In this document: piece after piece, positions 24,324 through 37,906 of the stretch
How positions within the stretch are numbered: the stretch's first letter is position 1
How the letters are laid out: every line of letters starts with the position of its first letter
Source: Pholidichthys leucotaenia
Lineage: Eukaryota
Length of the DNA stretch: 64,000 bases
Direction: 5' to 3'
Assembly (NCBI GenBank): GCA_020510985.1
Contig: CM035846.1
Location: 202,715,081 to 202,779,080 of the forward strand
Translations under genes and position numbers: made by a program
Notes under the pieces: model-generated
What the model saw: the letters and a program-made list of their open reading frames with translations, nothing else
What the model was told of the DNA's origin: nothing
The model's database searches: none

Positions 24324-25367
24324 TTGATTGAGTCAGTTGAATATTTTATATAATTAAAGTAAAATGGCATGGACAAAAAAAGATGGTACCCTTTAATATT
24401 TTGTGGCACCATCTTTTGCAACAATCACTGCCAGCAAGCAATCTCTGTACTTCACAATGAGATGTCTGCATTTTCCAACAGCCATTCAGCCTATTACGGG
24501 AAAAAAATACTACTGTGTAGTTTGATATCATTTTGTGCACCACTCTGAACATGGACCAGAGAAAGCAAAGAAGAGAGCTGTCTGAACTCAGAAGATTATA
24601 GATAAACATGTTAAAAGTAAAGGCTGTAAGCACACCTCCAAGCAGCTTCATGTTCCTGTGATCACAGTTGCCAATATTGTTAAAAAGAATCGGGTTCATG
24701 GGACTGTACCCAACCTCCCAGTATATGTACACAAGAAGGAATTCAACCCCAGGTTGATCAGAAGGATGGTGTGTATTGCAGAAAAAGATCCTAGGAAACC
24801 ATCCAAAATCATTCAAGTGGAAATTCAAGGTATATTACTTTCTGATCGCACCATCTGTCACATTATAAGCAATACTGGGCTCCATGGAAGAAGCCCAGGA
24901 GTTCTTTACTATTGACAGAAAAAGCATAAAAAAGTCAGCCGAAAGACAACCAAGGCATCCAGTGTGAAACGTACTGCCCAGTGTCGGAAAGCTCAGCCTC
25001 AGTCACAGGTCCTCCCAACAGGATAATGACCAAAAACATACAGCTAAAGGCACTCAAGAACGGGTGAGGAAAAAAACCCAAAACATTGGTCTATTCTTAA
25101 ATGGACCTCCATCAGCCCAGAACTTAATCTAACTGAACATCTATTGAAAGATCTGAAAATTGCAGTGTGGAGATGCCACGCCTCAAACTGGAGACAGTTT
25201 AATCAGCTTGCACAGGAAGAGTGGGCCACACTACCTGCTGGCAAATGGAGATGTCTCATTGTGAATCTGTTGGCAGTGGTTGCTGCAAGAAAAGATGTCA
25301 CAAAATACTAAATGTAAGGGTACCATCTTTTTTGTTTGCCATTTTACTTACATAAATTATTCAACTG
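24324..25367 (+). mobile_element. Degraded Tc1-like element (~1 kb) with TIRs cagttgaata(t/a)tttat...aagtaaaatggca and frameshifted transposase fragments
   Basis: ORF 24658..24915 is a Tc1 HTH region (...ISNTGLHGRSPG). DDE C-terminal pieces lie at 25020-25310 (QDNDQKHTAK... and ...WATLPAGKWRCLIVNLLAVVAARKDVTKY). Confidence 0.75.
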
Positions 25368-26062
25368 AATAATCAAAAGCAAAGTCTGATTTATAAAATA
25401 ATACATAAACAATAAGGTATACCATTAAACTTTCATCTGTTTCAAGTTATTTCAGAGATGATTTTTTTTGTAGGAGGCTATCTACAAATTTGTCCATGTC
25501 TGGATGCTTTCCATCTTTTGACTTGTTTTACGTCAGCAATATGGCAGCTCTAAGGAGTTGCAGCAGAGAGTGTGTTGCCATCACGTCTGCTTTAGGGTAT
25601 ACTCTTGACTGTTAAGATGTGACAGATTTTTTTTAATAGCTTTAATGTACTTAATGGGTCAGAAAATCTAAGTATTGGATTGTTGCTCTGCATCAGGTGA
25701 GCCTCAATTTTAAGAGTCTGAGCAGTTTCGGGGACAAAAAAAAATCTTGATTGGGACATCCCTATGCAGTAGGTAGGTAATACATTCTCAAAGCAAAGAA
25801 ATCTAGCCAACCTCGTTTATCTTCTTCATGCTACTTCAGTTATGGACAGCTGATGTGAAGAGAGTATAAACATGTTTGACAAAAAATGCATCTAGAATGA
25901 TTACCAACTGGAGCTTTAAAGAGAGATATGTAATGAAAATTTGTGGGGTGTTTATTGGATTTTCTGACTGCATATAATTATCTTCCAGATATTAAAATAG
26001 TCTTGACAACACAGTGATTAACATATATCCATGATTATGTAAGCCTTTGTCTGTGCGACCAG

Positions 26063-26206
26063 GTTTGTGGCAGAGCGAGGATCTTCCAGGCTCCTGGATC
26101 ATGTAGAGCATTTAGACAAAGTGTACAACATCCCGCCTCCGAAGGGAAATAAATTACCTCAGATCATGAACAATGATGTGTCATTACCAGTCAGCCCAAA
26201 ATTCAG
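26063..26206 (+). CDS. Exon: (R)FVAERGSSRLLDHVEHLDKVYNIPPPKGNKLPQIMNNDVSLPVSPKF
   Basis: Acceptor gcgaccag and donor gtaaga. A second cag 9 nt downstream makes the 5' boundary ambiguous. Confidence 0.45.
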
Positions 26207-27190
26207 GTAAGATGGACGTGAAACATGCACTGAAATGAATAATTCTAATGAAGCTAGCCAAAACATGTTGAAAATGGTGCTGAAATGATAAAATGCCGAT
26301 GAATTTTGACCAAAGCATGTTACAGACATTTCATTAAGACCTCCAGCGATGGTATCAACTTGTGGAAAAAGTACATTCTATGTCCCCTTGAAAGAAATTG
26401 TTGTCCTAGTTAGTGATCAACTTATAGGAGTTTAGATTGCCTCGTTTTTTTTCTGTCAAATCTGAAGTACTTGGCTCAAGCCGGTAGTTTTCATTTTCAC
26501 TTTTCTGCTTATGTATGCTAACTGGTTGGTTGGATTTATGGCTTAACATCCCCTTAATGGCGTTGGTTTTCAAGCGACGACTAAAATTTATCTCAAGCAT
26601 AGTTAAATCATAACAGAAATATGCATGTACTGTACACCTAGTAAGTTTGGAAGTATCACTGAAAATACATGCAGTTATGTGCCTCATGGAGGTGTTTGGT
26701 GCAAACAGGAAGGTACTGGTCTGTGATGCATATAAAACTGTTGCTATTACAAACATAAAAGCTCAAGTATAAAAATAATTATTACACAAGTCTAATTTGA
26801 CTACACTGTAGAGCCCATGACATTCCTAATAAAATGTGATATGAATTCTTGAAATGTTTAGACTGATGTTAAAGATCAACCTTTAAAAATTATAAAAAAA
26901 AAATAAATAAATAAAGGAAACATATTTAATTGTAAGAGATTTGTTGAGGTTAAGAATCTCTTGCAAGTGTCTTGGGCCTGGAGAGGCATTAGCCTTACTG
27001 GCATTTCCCACCATGAAAATCCTGAGCTCCCAGAGGAAAATGCACAAACATGGTTAGAACATACAGCTTTCACACACAACTCCCATACTTCAGTTTGAGC
27101 CCATGACCTTTTTGCTGTAAGACAACAGCACTACATGCTGATCCACCACATTATCACTAGTTTAACCCAAGCTCCTTCCTCTGTTCTCAG

Positions 27191-27482
27191 TTGGCGACGA
27201 GTGCGGGTGTTTGTCTCCTCCACCTTCAGAGACATGCACGCCGAGCGTGACATCCTGGTACAGAGCGTCTTCCCAGAGCTCCGCCGGCGTGCTGCACCAC
27301 ACTGCCTCCACCTGCAGGAGGTGGAACTGCGTTGGGGTGTGACGGAGGAAGAGTCGGCACGAGCCACTGAGCTGTGCCTGTCGGAGGTTTGTCGGTGTGA
27401 CATGATGGTGGCAATCCTGGGGGAGAGGTACGGCCTGGTGACCCCCAAACCTGCCCTCCCTGACCTGGACCAGTACGAATGG
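27191..27482 (+). CDS. Exon encoding the DUF4062 domain: WRRVRVFVSSTFRDMHAERDILVQSVFPELRRRAAPHCLHLQEVELRWGVTEEESARATELCLSEVCRCDMMVAILGERYGLVTPKPALPDLDQYEW
   Basis: Acceptor ctgttctcag and donor gtagga. VFVSSTFRDM...ER is the hallmark of DUF4062, which precedes NACHT in TEP1 and NWD proteins. Confidence 0.65.
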
Positions 27483-28004
27483 GTAGGACTGTTTATGCAT
27501 TTGGATAGAAAATAATTTGACCTTTTTGTTCACCCATCTCCTAGATGGCACATATCATAGTATGATGACGTTCATCTGTTCATCCGTATGAGTTGCGTAA
27601 CGAACTCCTCCCTCAGTTTAAGCTATAGCTTCCCCCCCACACACACACACAGTGTTAGTACATGTGTTGAAGATGTTTGTATTATCAGGGTTAAATTAAT
27701 TCTTTTAGCTAATGCGATGATGTGGCATTTGTCTGTCAATCCATCCACATTTCACAGGAATCGCTACTCCTCCTAGGCATTTGCCTCGATGCTTACCAAC
27801 CTTGCTCAGTTATCCTCAGGTGGGTCTGCATCCAGGTTGCGGTCAAGGTCAAACTACAGCTGTGAAAGACTTTTGATGACTGTCACTTCCTGCAACCCAG
27901 GAAAGTTAGAATATTTACAGAATGTAAAGTCACATTAAAGCTGTTCTGCAACTCTTTACATTTAAAAGTAATGCATAACTTTTTTTCTGGTTTTGTGCAT
28001 TTAA

Positions 28005-29421
28005 CCTCTTGCACTTCGGTGTACCGCGGGCGGACACGTCTCTGCGTCCTAGGGCGCACACTGTGCGTCCTAGGAGGCACTGAAAAAAAAAAAAACCCAC
28101 CTGCATTTCCGTTCTTTCACTAGACACAGCCGCGAACAGAAAGCCAAAGGAGTGCTTTGATTGGTTTAGATGTGATTGACCTCTCATTCGACTAATAAGA
28201 GCCTTGAATTGAGTTTCTGAAACCTTGAAGAACGAATGACTGAAAAACTAGCAAGAAGGACCCGCCTACCAACGGCTGTGAATACAGCGAGCCAATTGAA
28301 GCACAGTAGTTTGAAAGCGTGCCTCCCTTGCAAAATCTGTTTTGTTTTAGCCGCTGGGTGACACACACGCGTTCGCCAGTCTTTTTTTCTTACTACTGTT
28401 CTTATTTGTTTTGAAAAATCGTTCGCCAAAACCGCAATCATGGAAGCGCAAAACCGCAATAATGGAATGATGGTTTGACCGGGTCGCGTGACCAGAACCA
28501 CGAGTCCGTAACAAGCGGACCAGCGTCATGTTCGTCTGACAATGAGGAAGAGAAGTTCGCCAGCGACACTGCTGTTGTGGACAGGTAAGTGTTATAAGCT
28601 AAATTATTCTTTATCCCTGAAAATTGTAATCAAAAAGGACTTTTGACCGATCAGTAAATTACAACTGTGCGTAGTAGACCGCGGCGCACCGGGCGATGTC
28701 CATCCTCTGTAGCGGGGGTGGGGGTGGGTGGGAGTTGTGATCTTCTACATTATATTTTAGTATAATTTTTAGTGCACTGTAGGTTATTTTTTCTTGTAAA
28801 AAAAAAGCCACACATTTTTTACGTGGCATGCTTCTTTGTGTGTGGGGGCTTGTTTGTTCATTCATGAATGAATGAATTAACAACCCCCCTCCCCACACAC
28901 ACACACAGCCCTGAGTGTCACCTTTCATTAGAGCCCAACATCAAGCTTCTATATTGAATCATTCAAAAGTTATAGACGTTTTTCCAAACTGTGCCATTTG
29001 GCACAATTTGGCACAGTTCAAAAACGCCTGAGAACTACCTGAGTAAAAAGCTGTGTAATATATTGATTTTTTGTGGTATTGTTACAAAATTTTGACCTCA
29101 GCTGGATAACACTTGGTTCTACATTTCTGTTGCGTTTTCCAGCCCGGATCTGACAGCTGTGTGTTATTTGCAAGCATTTGTATCCAAAAAAACACCCAGG
29201 CGAAATTTATTTTCTTCAAGTTCAGTATGTTTAGATGACTGTTACTCAGTGGCCGGAGCACTTAAAGAGATTGACTGTTTTGGCAAAAAAATTCAAAGTG
29301 TTTTCTTTTAAATGAGACCAACCCCATGAAGATGCTGCAAAGCATTGAAGAACAGCTTTTGATTTACTTTGGGTACGTTATTTTTTGGCGTTTTTAGGGA
29401 AATTGACCAGAGTGCAAGGGG
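28005..29421. mobile_element. piggyBac-like non-autonomous element, copy 1 (~1.4 kb), flanked by TTAA at 28001-28004 and 29422-29425. TIR is cc(t/c)cttgcact ... agtgcaagggg. It fills most of the intron between the DUF4062 exons.
   Basis: TTAA flanks and short TIRs read directly. It is roughly 85-95% identical (visual estimate) to inverted copy 2 at 58431-59982. Confidence 0.6.
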
Positions 29422-29508
29422 TTAAATTGGTTCATAAAGAGCTCAAAACTTATCTTGCTTTTTTGTTTGAATTTAAATGGAAGTAAATGATAAATGCTCT
29501 GTGTGCAG

Positions 29509-29627
29509 TTGGCCTCAGCTCCTACAGGGCTGTCCATGACGGAGATGGAGATCCGTCAGTTCCAACATATATGCTCAAAACCCCAAGAGAGAATGTTTTG
29601 CTACTTCAGAGACCCAGACATTGTCAA
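29509..29627 (+). CDS. Exon: LASAPTGLSMTEMEIRQFQHICSKPQERMFCYFRDPDIV
   Basis: Acceptor tgtgtgcag and donor gtatgc. Confidence 0.5.
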
Positions 29628-29741
29628 GTATGCAGTTGGACTGTCTATTTTTGTTTCGTTTGATTTTGTCTCTTTTATTTTCATGTTTTTTTCTTAATGA
29701 GAGAAATCATTACCATTTTTCGCTCAATTTTCTTTGTTCAG

Positions 29742-29855
29742 ATCAGTTCCTGTGGCCTGGATGTCACATTTTGCTCCTGAATCAAAGGATGCCCAGACTA
29801 AAATGGCCGACCTGAAGAAAAGTCTGTTGTGCGGTGGCATCAAGGTCACTGAAAA
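29742..29855 (+). CDS. Exon: (K)SVPVAWMSHFAPESKDAQTKMADLKKSLLCGGIKVTE
   Basis: Acceptor tctttgttcag and donor gtaagt. Confidence 0.5.
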
Positions 29856-31832
29856 GTAAGTAATCTCAAAACATTATCATATTAAAGACAATAATATATA
29901 TTAATATAAATAAATAATGTACAGTTAATTTTTGAGCGACCAAGATATGTCCTGTTTGAGAGAAACACATAATTAAAAGTGACTTAGTAGTTCTTTAATG
30001 TTCTATCTTATCTGTATGAGCTGTCTTGAAAGACAACTTTTATGCTAATGCTCGTTTTAAATGCCCTACAGACTTGCACTTTTAAGGCCTTTTTTTTTTC
30101 TGAGAACTTGTTGATGAATGCGCTTTTCAAACTGCTGTTATAGAATGCCTGTGCCAAGTTCTAACAGCCATTAAGTCAGCCCTAATAAGATATACAGGCA
30201 ACTTTCAATGCCACAAGAGTGAAATGTATAAGGGTAGATTTTCTCTATATTATGACATGATCTGCTGCAGTTTTTTAAAAATTATTTCCAGCATAGTGAT
30301 GTATGTAGTGTCCTCCAAAATAGCTGCATTCACACCGCAAAAACTTTTTAAATACCAGAGACTAGGGGAAATGTGTAAATTTGCACATTCCCACTTATAA
30401 AGGACCATTTATTCCCTTTCCTAAGCCCCAGCATCTGGCTTTTAATGGCAGCGGGGATTCATTAACTTGGTATTCACTAATATATCTCTCCAATGAACAC
30501 AAGTTTTTATCACCAGTTTACAACAATGTGAACATCAAACCTGGGTGAACGTGATGACAGATATCAGCATCACACAAAATCAGCATTGTGCCTGTAGCTG
30601 ATGACCGAATCAAGCCAAAGACTGGGGGGAAAACAATGTTTGTTCAATGTGGAACAATGATTTCATAGTTCAGATATGTAAGCAACATAAAATGTTGATT
30701 ACCGTCTCACTGGCTTCCGTGCTGTTTTCTGTTGTTGTCATCAAAGATGAAATTCTTCGCCCTGTTGGAAGATGAGTAGTTTGTATACGGTCTGTGGTGT
30801 TTATGCAGAACATTACAAATATTGTGTAAATCCATTTGCAAAATGGCCAGTTTGTGTACAGCGGTTCATAGAATAAAAAAAATGAGGATTGTCTCACTAA
30901 ATTTCTTCATTAATAAGTTTTATTTGAGAAGACTGAGTTTAACACTTCTGAAAGAAATGTAGTAATAATAATAGTCATTCATTCATTCATTCATTCATCT
31001 TCTACCACTTTACATTTTTGATGATTTTAGTAAATTGGCATAAACAGATCGAATCTATGCCAGATTGCAATAATACAACCAGACCACACTGCCAAGCCAG
31101 CCTCCCCTCTGGATTTTTAAATACTGGCCAAGCCCCGCCTTCCCCGAGTCCTTGTACTAAAGGTCTCAAAATGATGACGGGCATTTTTACGAGTCCGTTT
31201 AACATTTGTGGGTTTTTTCACCCCGGAGGAGTTGTATTGACCCCTGTTTGTGTGCTTTAATGTTAAGTGGTGGAAGATAATAACAATAATTTCAATATTT
31301 CTTCCATTCTTTTTGAAGTTCTTTCTTTAGTATGGGATGCAGAAGAGTAAAGGGAACTTTAGAGGGGAAAACTAAACAACAGAGAAATGCGTGTAAGGAA
31401 CCACCTTAAAATGACAGACAAGGTTGAACTTAACTGGAAAAATGCAACAAAATGGACAGCTACTCGTATATCTACAATTGTCTTTCTGATGGCCTCAAAG
31501 AGCTCTTTGAATTCCCCATAGTGATACCACAATGAAGACCAACTCCCCAATGGATACACATTCCAACCCTCATAAATGTGGTTGCACCACAAGTTTCCTT
31601 CTCACTTTCTCTAGTTTGTTTGAAATAAAGAAATAAAAGAAATAAAACTGAGAATAAGTCAAAGAGGAGCATTGATAATGATACAAATCGATGAACTTTG
31701 ACCAAAATGTCAATGTAAAAATGTTGGGTATTTCATATCAGAAAAAAAGCTTGAGGTCATTTTTGTTGTAAGATTGATGAAGTGGTATTTGGCAGTCAGC
31801 AAAGGAGCCACTCCATAATTCTGTCATCATAG

Positions 31833-31950
31833 GTACTCGTGTGAGTGGGGAGGTGTCATTGACGGGAAACCATATCTGAAAAACCTTGATGAGTTTGCCA
31901 AGGCTGTGCTGGAGGACCTCTGGGAGGCTGTTGTGAAGCTGTTTGTGGAA
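31833..31950 (+). CDS. Exon: (K)YSCEWGGVIDGKPYLKNLDEFAKAVLEDLWEAVVKLFVE
   Basis: Acceptor ctgtcatcatag and donor gtgagt. Confidence 0.5.
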
Positions 31951-31984
31951 GTGAGTGACTTTTCATCCTCTGTAAAAGACACCA

Positions 31985-34702
31985 TACAGTGGCAATCAAA
32001 ATTATTCAACCCCCATTGCATTTTAGGCTTATAGACGAAATGTAAACATTTTCAGGTGTTTGCAATAAACAAATTACACAAGAACAGTTTATATGTTAAA
32101 TGAAATTAATATTGCAAGGATTTTATCCAAATTCATCACTAAATCCAACTTTAATGCCTACTGCAGTCTCAAAATTATTCAACCCCTGAATAGAAATCTG
32201 CATAAGAGCACACATTTGACAATCAGATGTGGTCTCAAGCACACCTGAAAAAACAATCAAAGGCTTGATTAGTTGGATCAGGTGTGTTTGAGATGGAACA
32301 CTTCATATATCTGGGGCCTCATGTATAGATGGTGTGCACGCAGAAAAACACAGAAAAACACGGCGTGCTCATTTTTGTTTTTAACGCACATAGTGGGATG
32401 TATAAAAACAAATGTGACGTGAGAATCTGTGAGCCAAGCGGTAAAGTTTCCACCTGCTGTGAGAAATTGTGGCTTTTTGCAAAATTCTGTTTGGCTCTAT
32501 CAGGTGGTTCTGACAAACTACAAAACAATGAAACTCACAGAATATGTTAAAATAACATTTCTGCTTCAGTTAAAATGCTTTGTCTATGAATTAGTCATTG
32601 AAAAGCATGATTATGTGATTTAGCTCCATAACTCGGCTGACTGAGCACAGTAAAACCCTGATGAATACTAATTTCCCTTACATAACCTGCCTCACTCATG
32701 GACCAGTCAGTGCTACTGTAAACTGGATCCTGTTTCTGCAAATGTGACATTTAAGATAAAAACAATGACCAGAGACTATACAATTGACCCAACTTGATGC
32801 AACGCCCACAGATTCATCTCTTGTGGGAGAAATTCTGGTCAGCAAAATGCACTTTGGAATTTATTAATCCCTGGCTCCAGCGCAATATGTACTCTGTAGC
32901 AGAGGACAGGCAGATCCCTGCAGGTGAGCCCTGGTAGCTGCAGTGGACAAATTTGCATACATGCAGCTGTCTGAGTGAGGAGATGTTTCCATGGCCTAAA
33001 ATATCTCAGTTTGGAGATTATCAATCAATCAATCAATAATCTGGAAATAAAAGGCTTTAATATTGTGCAGCTCCATGTGTTCCGCCTGGTTATTGCATGC
33101 AATTTGGATTCTGACAGTGACTGATTTGGTTGTAACTCGTATAAATTCAGCTATAAGATTAGAGTGGAATTCAAGGGTGTTTATTTCCTTTATTTACTTA
33201 CTAGTGCATACCCGTGCATGCCCGTAGAAACCAAGTATAAGCAAGTATTTCTGCATGCCCGTAGAAAGCAAGTGTAAGCAAGCATTTCTGCATGCGCTTC
33301 AGCTTGAGGTCATGAACAGAACATTCTCCTTCAGGATTTTTTGGTAGACAGCAGAATTCAAGGTTCCATTTACCACAGCAAGTCTTCCAGGTCCTGAAGC
33401 AGCAAAACAGCCTCAGACCATCACACTACCACCACCATATTTTACTGTTGGTATGATGTTCATTTTCTGAAATGCTGTTACTTTTACACCAGATGTAATG
33501 GGACACACACCTTCCAAAAAGTTGAACTTTTGTCTCATCAGTCTACAGGGTATTTTCCCAAAAGTCTTGGGGATCTTGTGCTGGATACAAAGCTCTTACA
33601 GAACTCCCCGAATTCCTCTGATGAATACTGTGGACTATTATCCGTCGTAAGGATGGCAGGAATGCCATGTCTACTGAATTGAGCTTTCAGAGTCTCTATT
33701 GCAGTGCGGCTCTGCTCATCTCTCAGTTCATCCACTTCAGTGTATTTCGAGTAAAGTCTTGGGGATCATCAAGATGTTTTCTGGCAAAACTGAGATGAGC
33801 TTTTATGTTCTTTTTGCTCAGCAGTGGTTTTTGTCTTGAAACTCTGCCATGCAGGCCATTTTTGCCCAATCTCTTTCTTATGGTGGAGTCTGGAGTGAGG
33901 CCTGCAGTTCTTTGGATGTTGTTGTGGCGTCTTTTGTGACCTCTTGGATGAGTCGTCGCTGCACTCTTAGGGTAATTTTGGTCGGCCGGCCACTCCTGGG
34001 AATGCAACATGCGCTGAAAAGAACACCTTGCCTACAGTTAAGCATAGCAGTGACTCAGTGATGTTCTGTGGCTATTTTGCTTCCTCTGGTACTGGAAACC
34101 TGCAGCGTGTGGAGAGTAAGATGGATTCACTATAAGAAAATCCAGGGAGAAAATGTCATGCCATCTATGAGGAAGCTGAAGCTTGGGTGTCATTGGTCCT
34201 TCCAAGAGAACATTGATCCCAAAGCAAAGTCCACCAAGGTTTGATTTCAGAAGAACTCCTAGAACATACTAGAGTGGCCGTCACAGTTACCTGACTTGAA
34301 CCCCATTGAAAATCTCTGGTGGGATTTGAAAAACGTGGTTGTAGCGTGCAAACCAAAGAATATTAGTGAACTGGAGGCCTTTGTCCATGAGGAATGGACT
34401 AAAATTCCTCAGGAATGCTGCCAGAAGCTGATGTCTGGTGATACATCATGTTTGTATCACATCATAAGAGCAAAAGGGTGCTCTACCAAGTACTAAAGAT
34501 GCTTGTCATGAATGGGTTGAACAATTTTGAGACTGCAGTAGTCATTAAGTGGCATTTTGTGCTAAATTTGGAAAAAAACACTTGTAATATTAGTTGTGTT
34601 GAGCAATTTAAATTGTTCTTGCTTGGAAGCAGCTGCTAGTTTATACATTTTACCAATAAACCTAATTTGCAGTGGGGCTGAATAACTTTGATTGCAACTG
34701 TA
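31985..34702. mobile_element. Rearranged Tc1-like element (~2.7 kb) with TIRs tacagtggcaatcaaaattattcaaccccc / rc ...ggggctgaataactttgattgcaactgta. It contains inverted Tc1 transposase fragments and a retroviral-type integrase fragment (33538-33735).
   Basis: Tc1 N-terminal fragment on the minus strand at 33723-34010 (KPLLSKKNIKAHLSFARKHLDDPQDF). Tc1 C-terminal fragment on the plus strand at 34030-34500 (...PDLNPIENLWWDLK...). The integrase-like fragment reads HGIPAILTTDNSPQYSSEEF. Confidence 0.7.
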
Positions 34703-34750
34703 CACATTGTACATCAAAAGTAAACACTGTGATTATATTCAATATATCAG

Positions 34751-34930
34751 AAGAAATGTGAGGAAAAAGTCCCTGAAGTTGTGGAGCAGAGTCTTCATGT
34801 GGAAGAGCTACGGAGGCAATTCTTCGGCAGGTCGAAGCTGCTAGCTGCTGCAGTGGAGGTGGTGGAGCGGAACAAGGGGGGAATGATGGTGGTGGAGGGA
34901 GGACGTGGAGAGGGCAAAACTGTCTTCATG
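34751..34930 (+). CDS. Exon with the NACHT P-loop (Walker A): ...RRQFFGRSKLLAAAVEVVERNKGGMMVVEGGRGEGKTVFM
   Basis: GxxGxGKT motif. Acceptor tatatcag and donor gtaaat. Confidence 0.6.
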
Positions 34931-36172
34931 GTAAATATTTGGTTTTCATCCTGTCTTCCATAATTTATAGAGCTAAAGAGTCTCTAATATAAACTTGTAA
35001 TGAGTGGAGAAAGCAGCATGTCTTCACATTATTGCATCTCAAACTGAAGCCCTTTTGCTTTTCCAGTTTTTGTGTCCAAGTTGTGACCATAACATGTTAG
35101 TTTTTTTTTTGCACTACTTAGAAGAAGCTGTTCCACAGTGACTGCTTGAACTTGAGTTAAAATAAAAATACTGATGTCCTTGTTTGAAATTTTAGCTAAA
35201 CTTGCTTCAAGCCAAAGACTGAGACGCTCGAGTAAAACTGATGTGTTGAGTAGTCAACAAAAGTTAAAAGTATCGAGGGCAATTTTTCTTGATCCTGCCA
35301 TCTAGCCTTTAGAGTGGTGCTGAAGCATGGTATTTGTTTTCCCGTTGCCTACCAACAATGATCAATGCACAGCTAGTATTCCTCTGAGACTGCGTCGTTA
35401 ACAGTAAGGCATGAATACAGTTTGTCAGGCCGATGTGTGATTAAAATTGGATGAAAACATTAACAAATATTTAATCAGAATGCTGACTTGTCATGCATTT
35501 ATAAAAAAAGGCTATAAAATCTTATAGGTTTCAAAATATTAATTTAAAAACATTATAGTTTGAAGAAGACATTTAAGCAAAAATTTTAAATTCTTATACA
35601 TTGCAAATTTTAGATGGGAATAAATGAGCTGCTTCTGTTCATATGATTATAACTGTGCTGTCTCTATAGTTGGTTAGTAAGTTGAAGTTATACAGTTATT
35701 TCCTTAAAGTGCGGTCTCAGAGGATTAATATGAAAATATTAATATGTTAATTAATAGAATACTTTATGAAGTCTATTCAGTAATATACAGCCACATCCAA
35801 AGGTAATCAGATTATTAACACCAAAGTTATTTTGTTTCCGTTCTTTCTCCATTAAGGTCAACTGCTGGATCAGTCAGGTGATCTTGATTGGGTCTAGTTG
35901 TGTTACAGTTATTAAAGACAAGACTAAAAGCAGAACACACACTTAACAGTAAAGGTCTAGCAAAGTAGCATAAAGGCAGAAAAAGCATTTTTAGTTAGGA
36001 GATTGAGACTTAAGTTGTGGCCTTCAAAGGATTCACGATGAAGTGTTGCAGATTTTTGGCTATTATGTTCAGGCCCTTGAGGAGGATGTACAGTATATAA
36101 AATGGGAAGGGATTCCTTCTTTTTTTATCGTGATGTACACTAACAATTATAATTGTGTCACGGTCCACACAG

Positions 36173-36360
36173 GCTGCTCTTCAAGATGTACTCTCCACTA
36201 AACTTAAGTCCATCAAAGCCCTCCAGTGGGAGGTTGTCTTTTACTCTACTGCTGCCAGCCAATCAGCATGCTCTGTGGAAAACTTTCTTCGGTGCCTTGT
36301 TCAGATGTTGAGAGAGTTGAAACACACCGAGGGGAACTCTCCTATTCCCCCTTCCTACAA
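36173..36360 (+). CDS. Exon: AALQDVLSTKLKSIKALQWEVVFYSTAASQSACSVENFLRCLVQMLRELKHTEGNSPIPPSY
   Basis: Acceptor gtccacacag and donor gtaacc. Confidence 0.55.
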
Positions 36361-36437
36361 GTAACCAAAACTTGCATCATTTTGTCTGCAATCTTCATTA
36401 GTTCTCATTTAATTTATGTATTTTTTTCTTATTTCAG

Positions 36438-36573
36438 AGATCTGCTGTCAGAATTTAACTCCATACTGGGCAGCATAGACAGCCCTTTGGTGCTGCTAGT
36501 TGATGGTGTGGACCTGCTCAAAGATGGCAGAGGTCAACTGATCTCTGATTGGATCCCAAAGCAACTTCCAAAG
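36438..36573 (+). CDS. Exon with the NACHT Walker B: (K)DLLSEFNSILGSIDSPLVLLVDGVDLLKDGRGQLISDWIPKQLPK
   Basis: Hydrophobic LLVDGVD motif. Acceptor cttatttcag and donor gtcagt. Confidence 0.6.
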
Positions 36574-37542
36574 GTCAGTGACTTGGGTCAGGAGAACTGA
36601 GTGCTACCCAGTGGCTCTTTATGCTTTCTATAGGTTATTGCCTAAACACAGGCGGCGGCAACGTAATTAAATGCCTTTGCTGATGATGCCTTCCAAAAAC
36701 TATAGTTTTAAAATTTGTACTAGTCCAACTTCAGATTAGTTGAGAGGGTTGTCCCTCCTTCTCCTCTGATGACTGGAGTCACGCAGGTTGTAAAGTTATG
36801 GATAAAACTGAGAATGCAAACACTGGGACCCATCAATGACTCCTACACAGGTAGTTGTTCTTTTTAGCTTGGGTGGAAATGATCTTTGGTCCCGTTCTCT
36901 TGCTTGTCTCCATCACTGCAGTGGACTGTTTTCTCCCACAGAAATATGCCCATTTGTTGTCTGGCATCGCTGGGGGGGTTGAAACTCGCTTGGCTCTGGT
37001 TCTAGGAATTAGTCTAGTCAATACAAAACTAAAGCATAGCTCTTCAAGATGGATCATGTTCTTCTCAAGTGGGAATGTTTGGGCTGTAATGTTGTTTCAG
37101 TTTAAGTCTCTGGGGAGACCTAGTGTTTTTTTTGTTTTGTTTTGGTTTTTATGGGCTAATGCAACATTTTCTCTTACAGATAGTTCTATTAAATAAAAGG
37201 ATTATATAACTGTTAGAAAAAGTTCACATCTGGAGTGGTCGTGCACCATCTATTGTCCTGATTTGGATTTGCAGAGTTCGTGGTTTTGCAACTGACATAT
37301 GAAAGACTTTTTCAGTTAGTCTTAGATATGATCATTTTGAAATAGACATTTTAAACTACTAGAAAACTCCCATCCATTTCTGACAGTAACAGGAATGATT
37401 TTTCAACTTTATGCAGATTACTTAACCTGAATTTCTTTATAAATCTACACATCTAACTAGAAAAAAAATCTCACTTCCTTCTTGTATATTCAATTTAATT
37501 ACTTGGAATATTTTAAGTTTACAATCATGCCTGTCCTGCTAG

Positions 37543-37722
37543 GATGTCTGCTTGGTGGTCAGTATGGCATCCAAAGCACCTCTGTTGCAAACACTGGCCA
37601 AGCGAGGGAAGACAGCCGTGTTTACGCTGGGGCAACTTACCATGCCAGACCGAAAGGAGATAGTTCAGAAGAAACTTTACTCCTTCGGGAAGAAACTCAG
37701 TGAATCTGCATTCAACAACCAG
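37543..37722 (+). CDS. Exon: DVCLVVSMASKAPLLQTLAKRGKTAVFTLGQLTMPDRKEIVQKKLYSFGKKLSESAFNNQ
   Basis: Acceptor gtcctgctag and donor gtttac. An alternative in-frame acceptor lies 18 nt downstream. Confidence 0.5.
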
Positions 37723-37813
37723 GTTTACTTTGCCTTTGCCTTTTCCACTGGAATTCTTCAACTCTAAGCATCTTTTGACTTTTACCCTAAAACTGTGCTG
37801 TGTGTTTGTGCAG

Positions 37814-37906
37814 CTTCAGTCATTGATAATGAAGAATGGAGCAGTAAGTCCTTTCTACCTGCACCTGGCCTGTGAAGACCTGAGGAACTTTGCCTCTTTT
37901 GATACG
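37814..37906 (+). CDS. Exon: LQSLIMKNGAVSPFYLHLACEDLRNFASFDT
   Basis: Acceptor tgtttgtgcag and donor gtgagt. Confidence 0.55.

Noticed and set aside
27162-27551. Minus-strand ORFs overlapping the DUF4062 exon
   Set aside because: The plus-strand frame carries the conserved domain and proper splice sites. The antisense ORFs are spurious.
28184-28529. ORFs of 60-105 aa duplicated at 59447-59792
   Set aside because: Both sets are copies of the same non-autonomous piggyBac-like element in inverted orientation. The duplication explains the paired ORFs, which have no transposase similarity.
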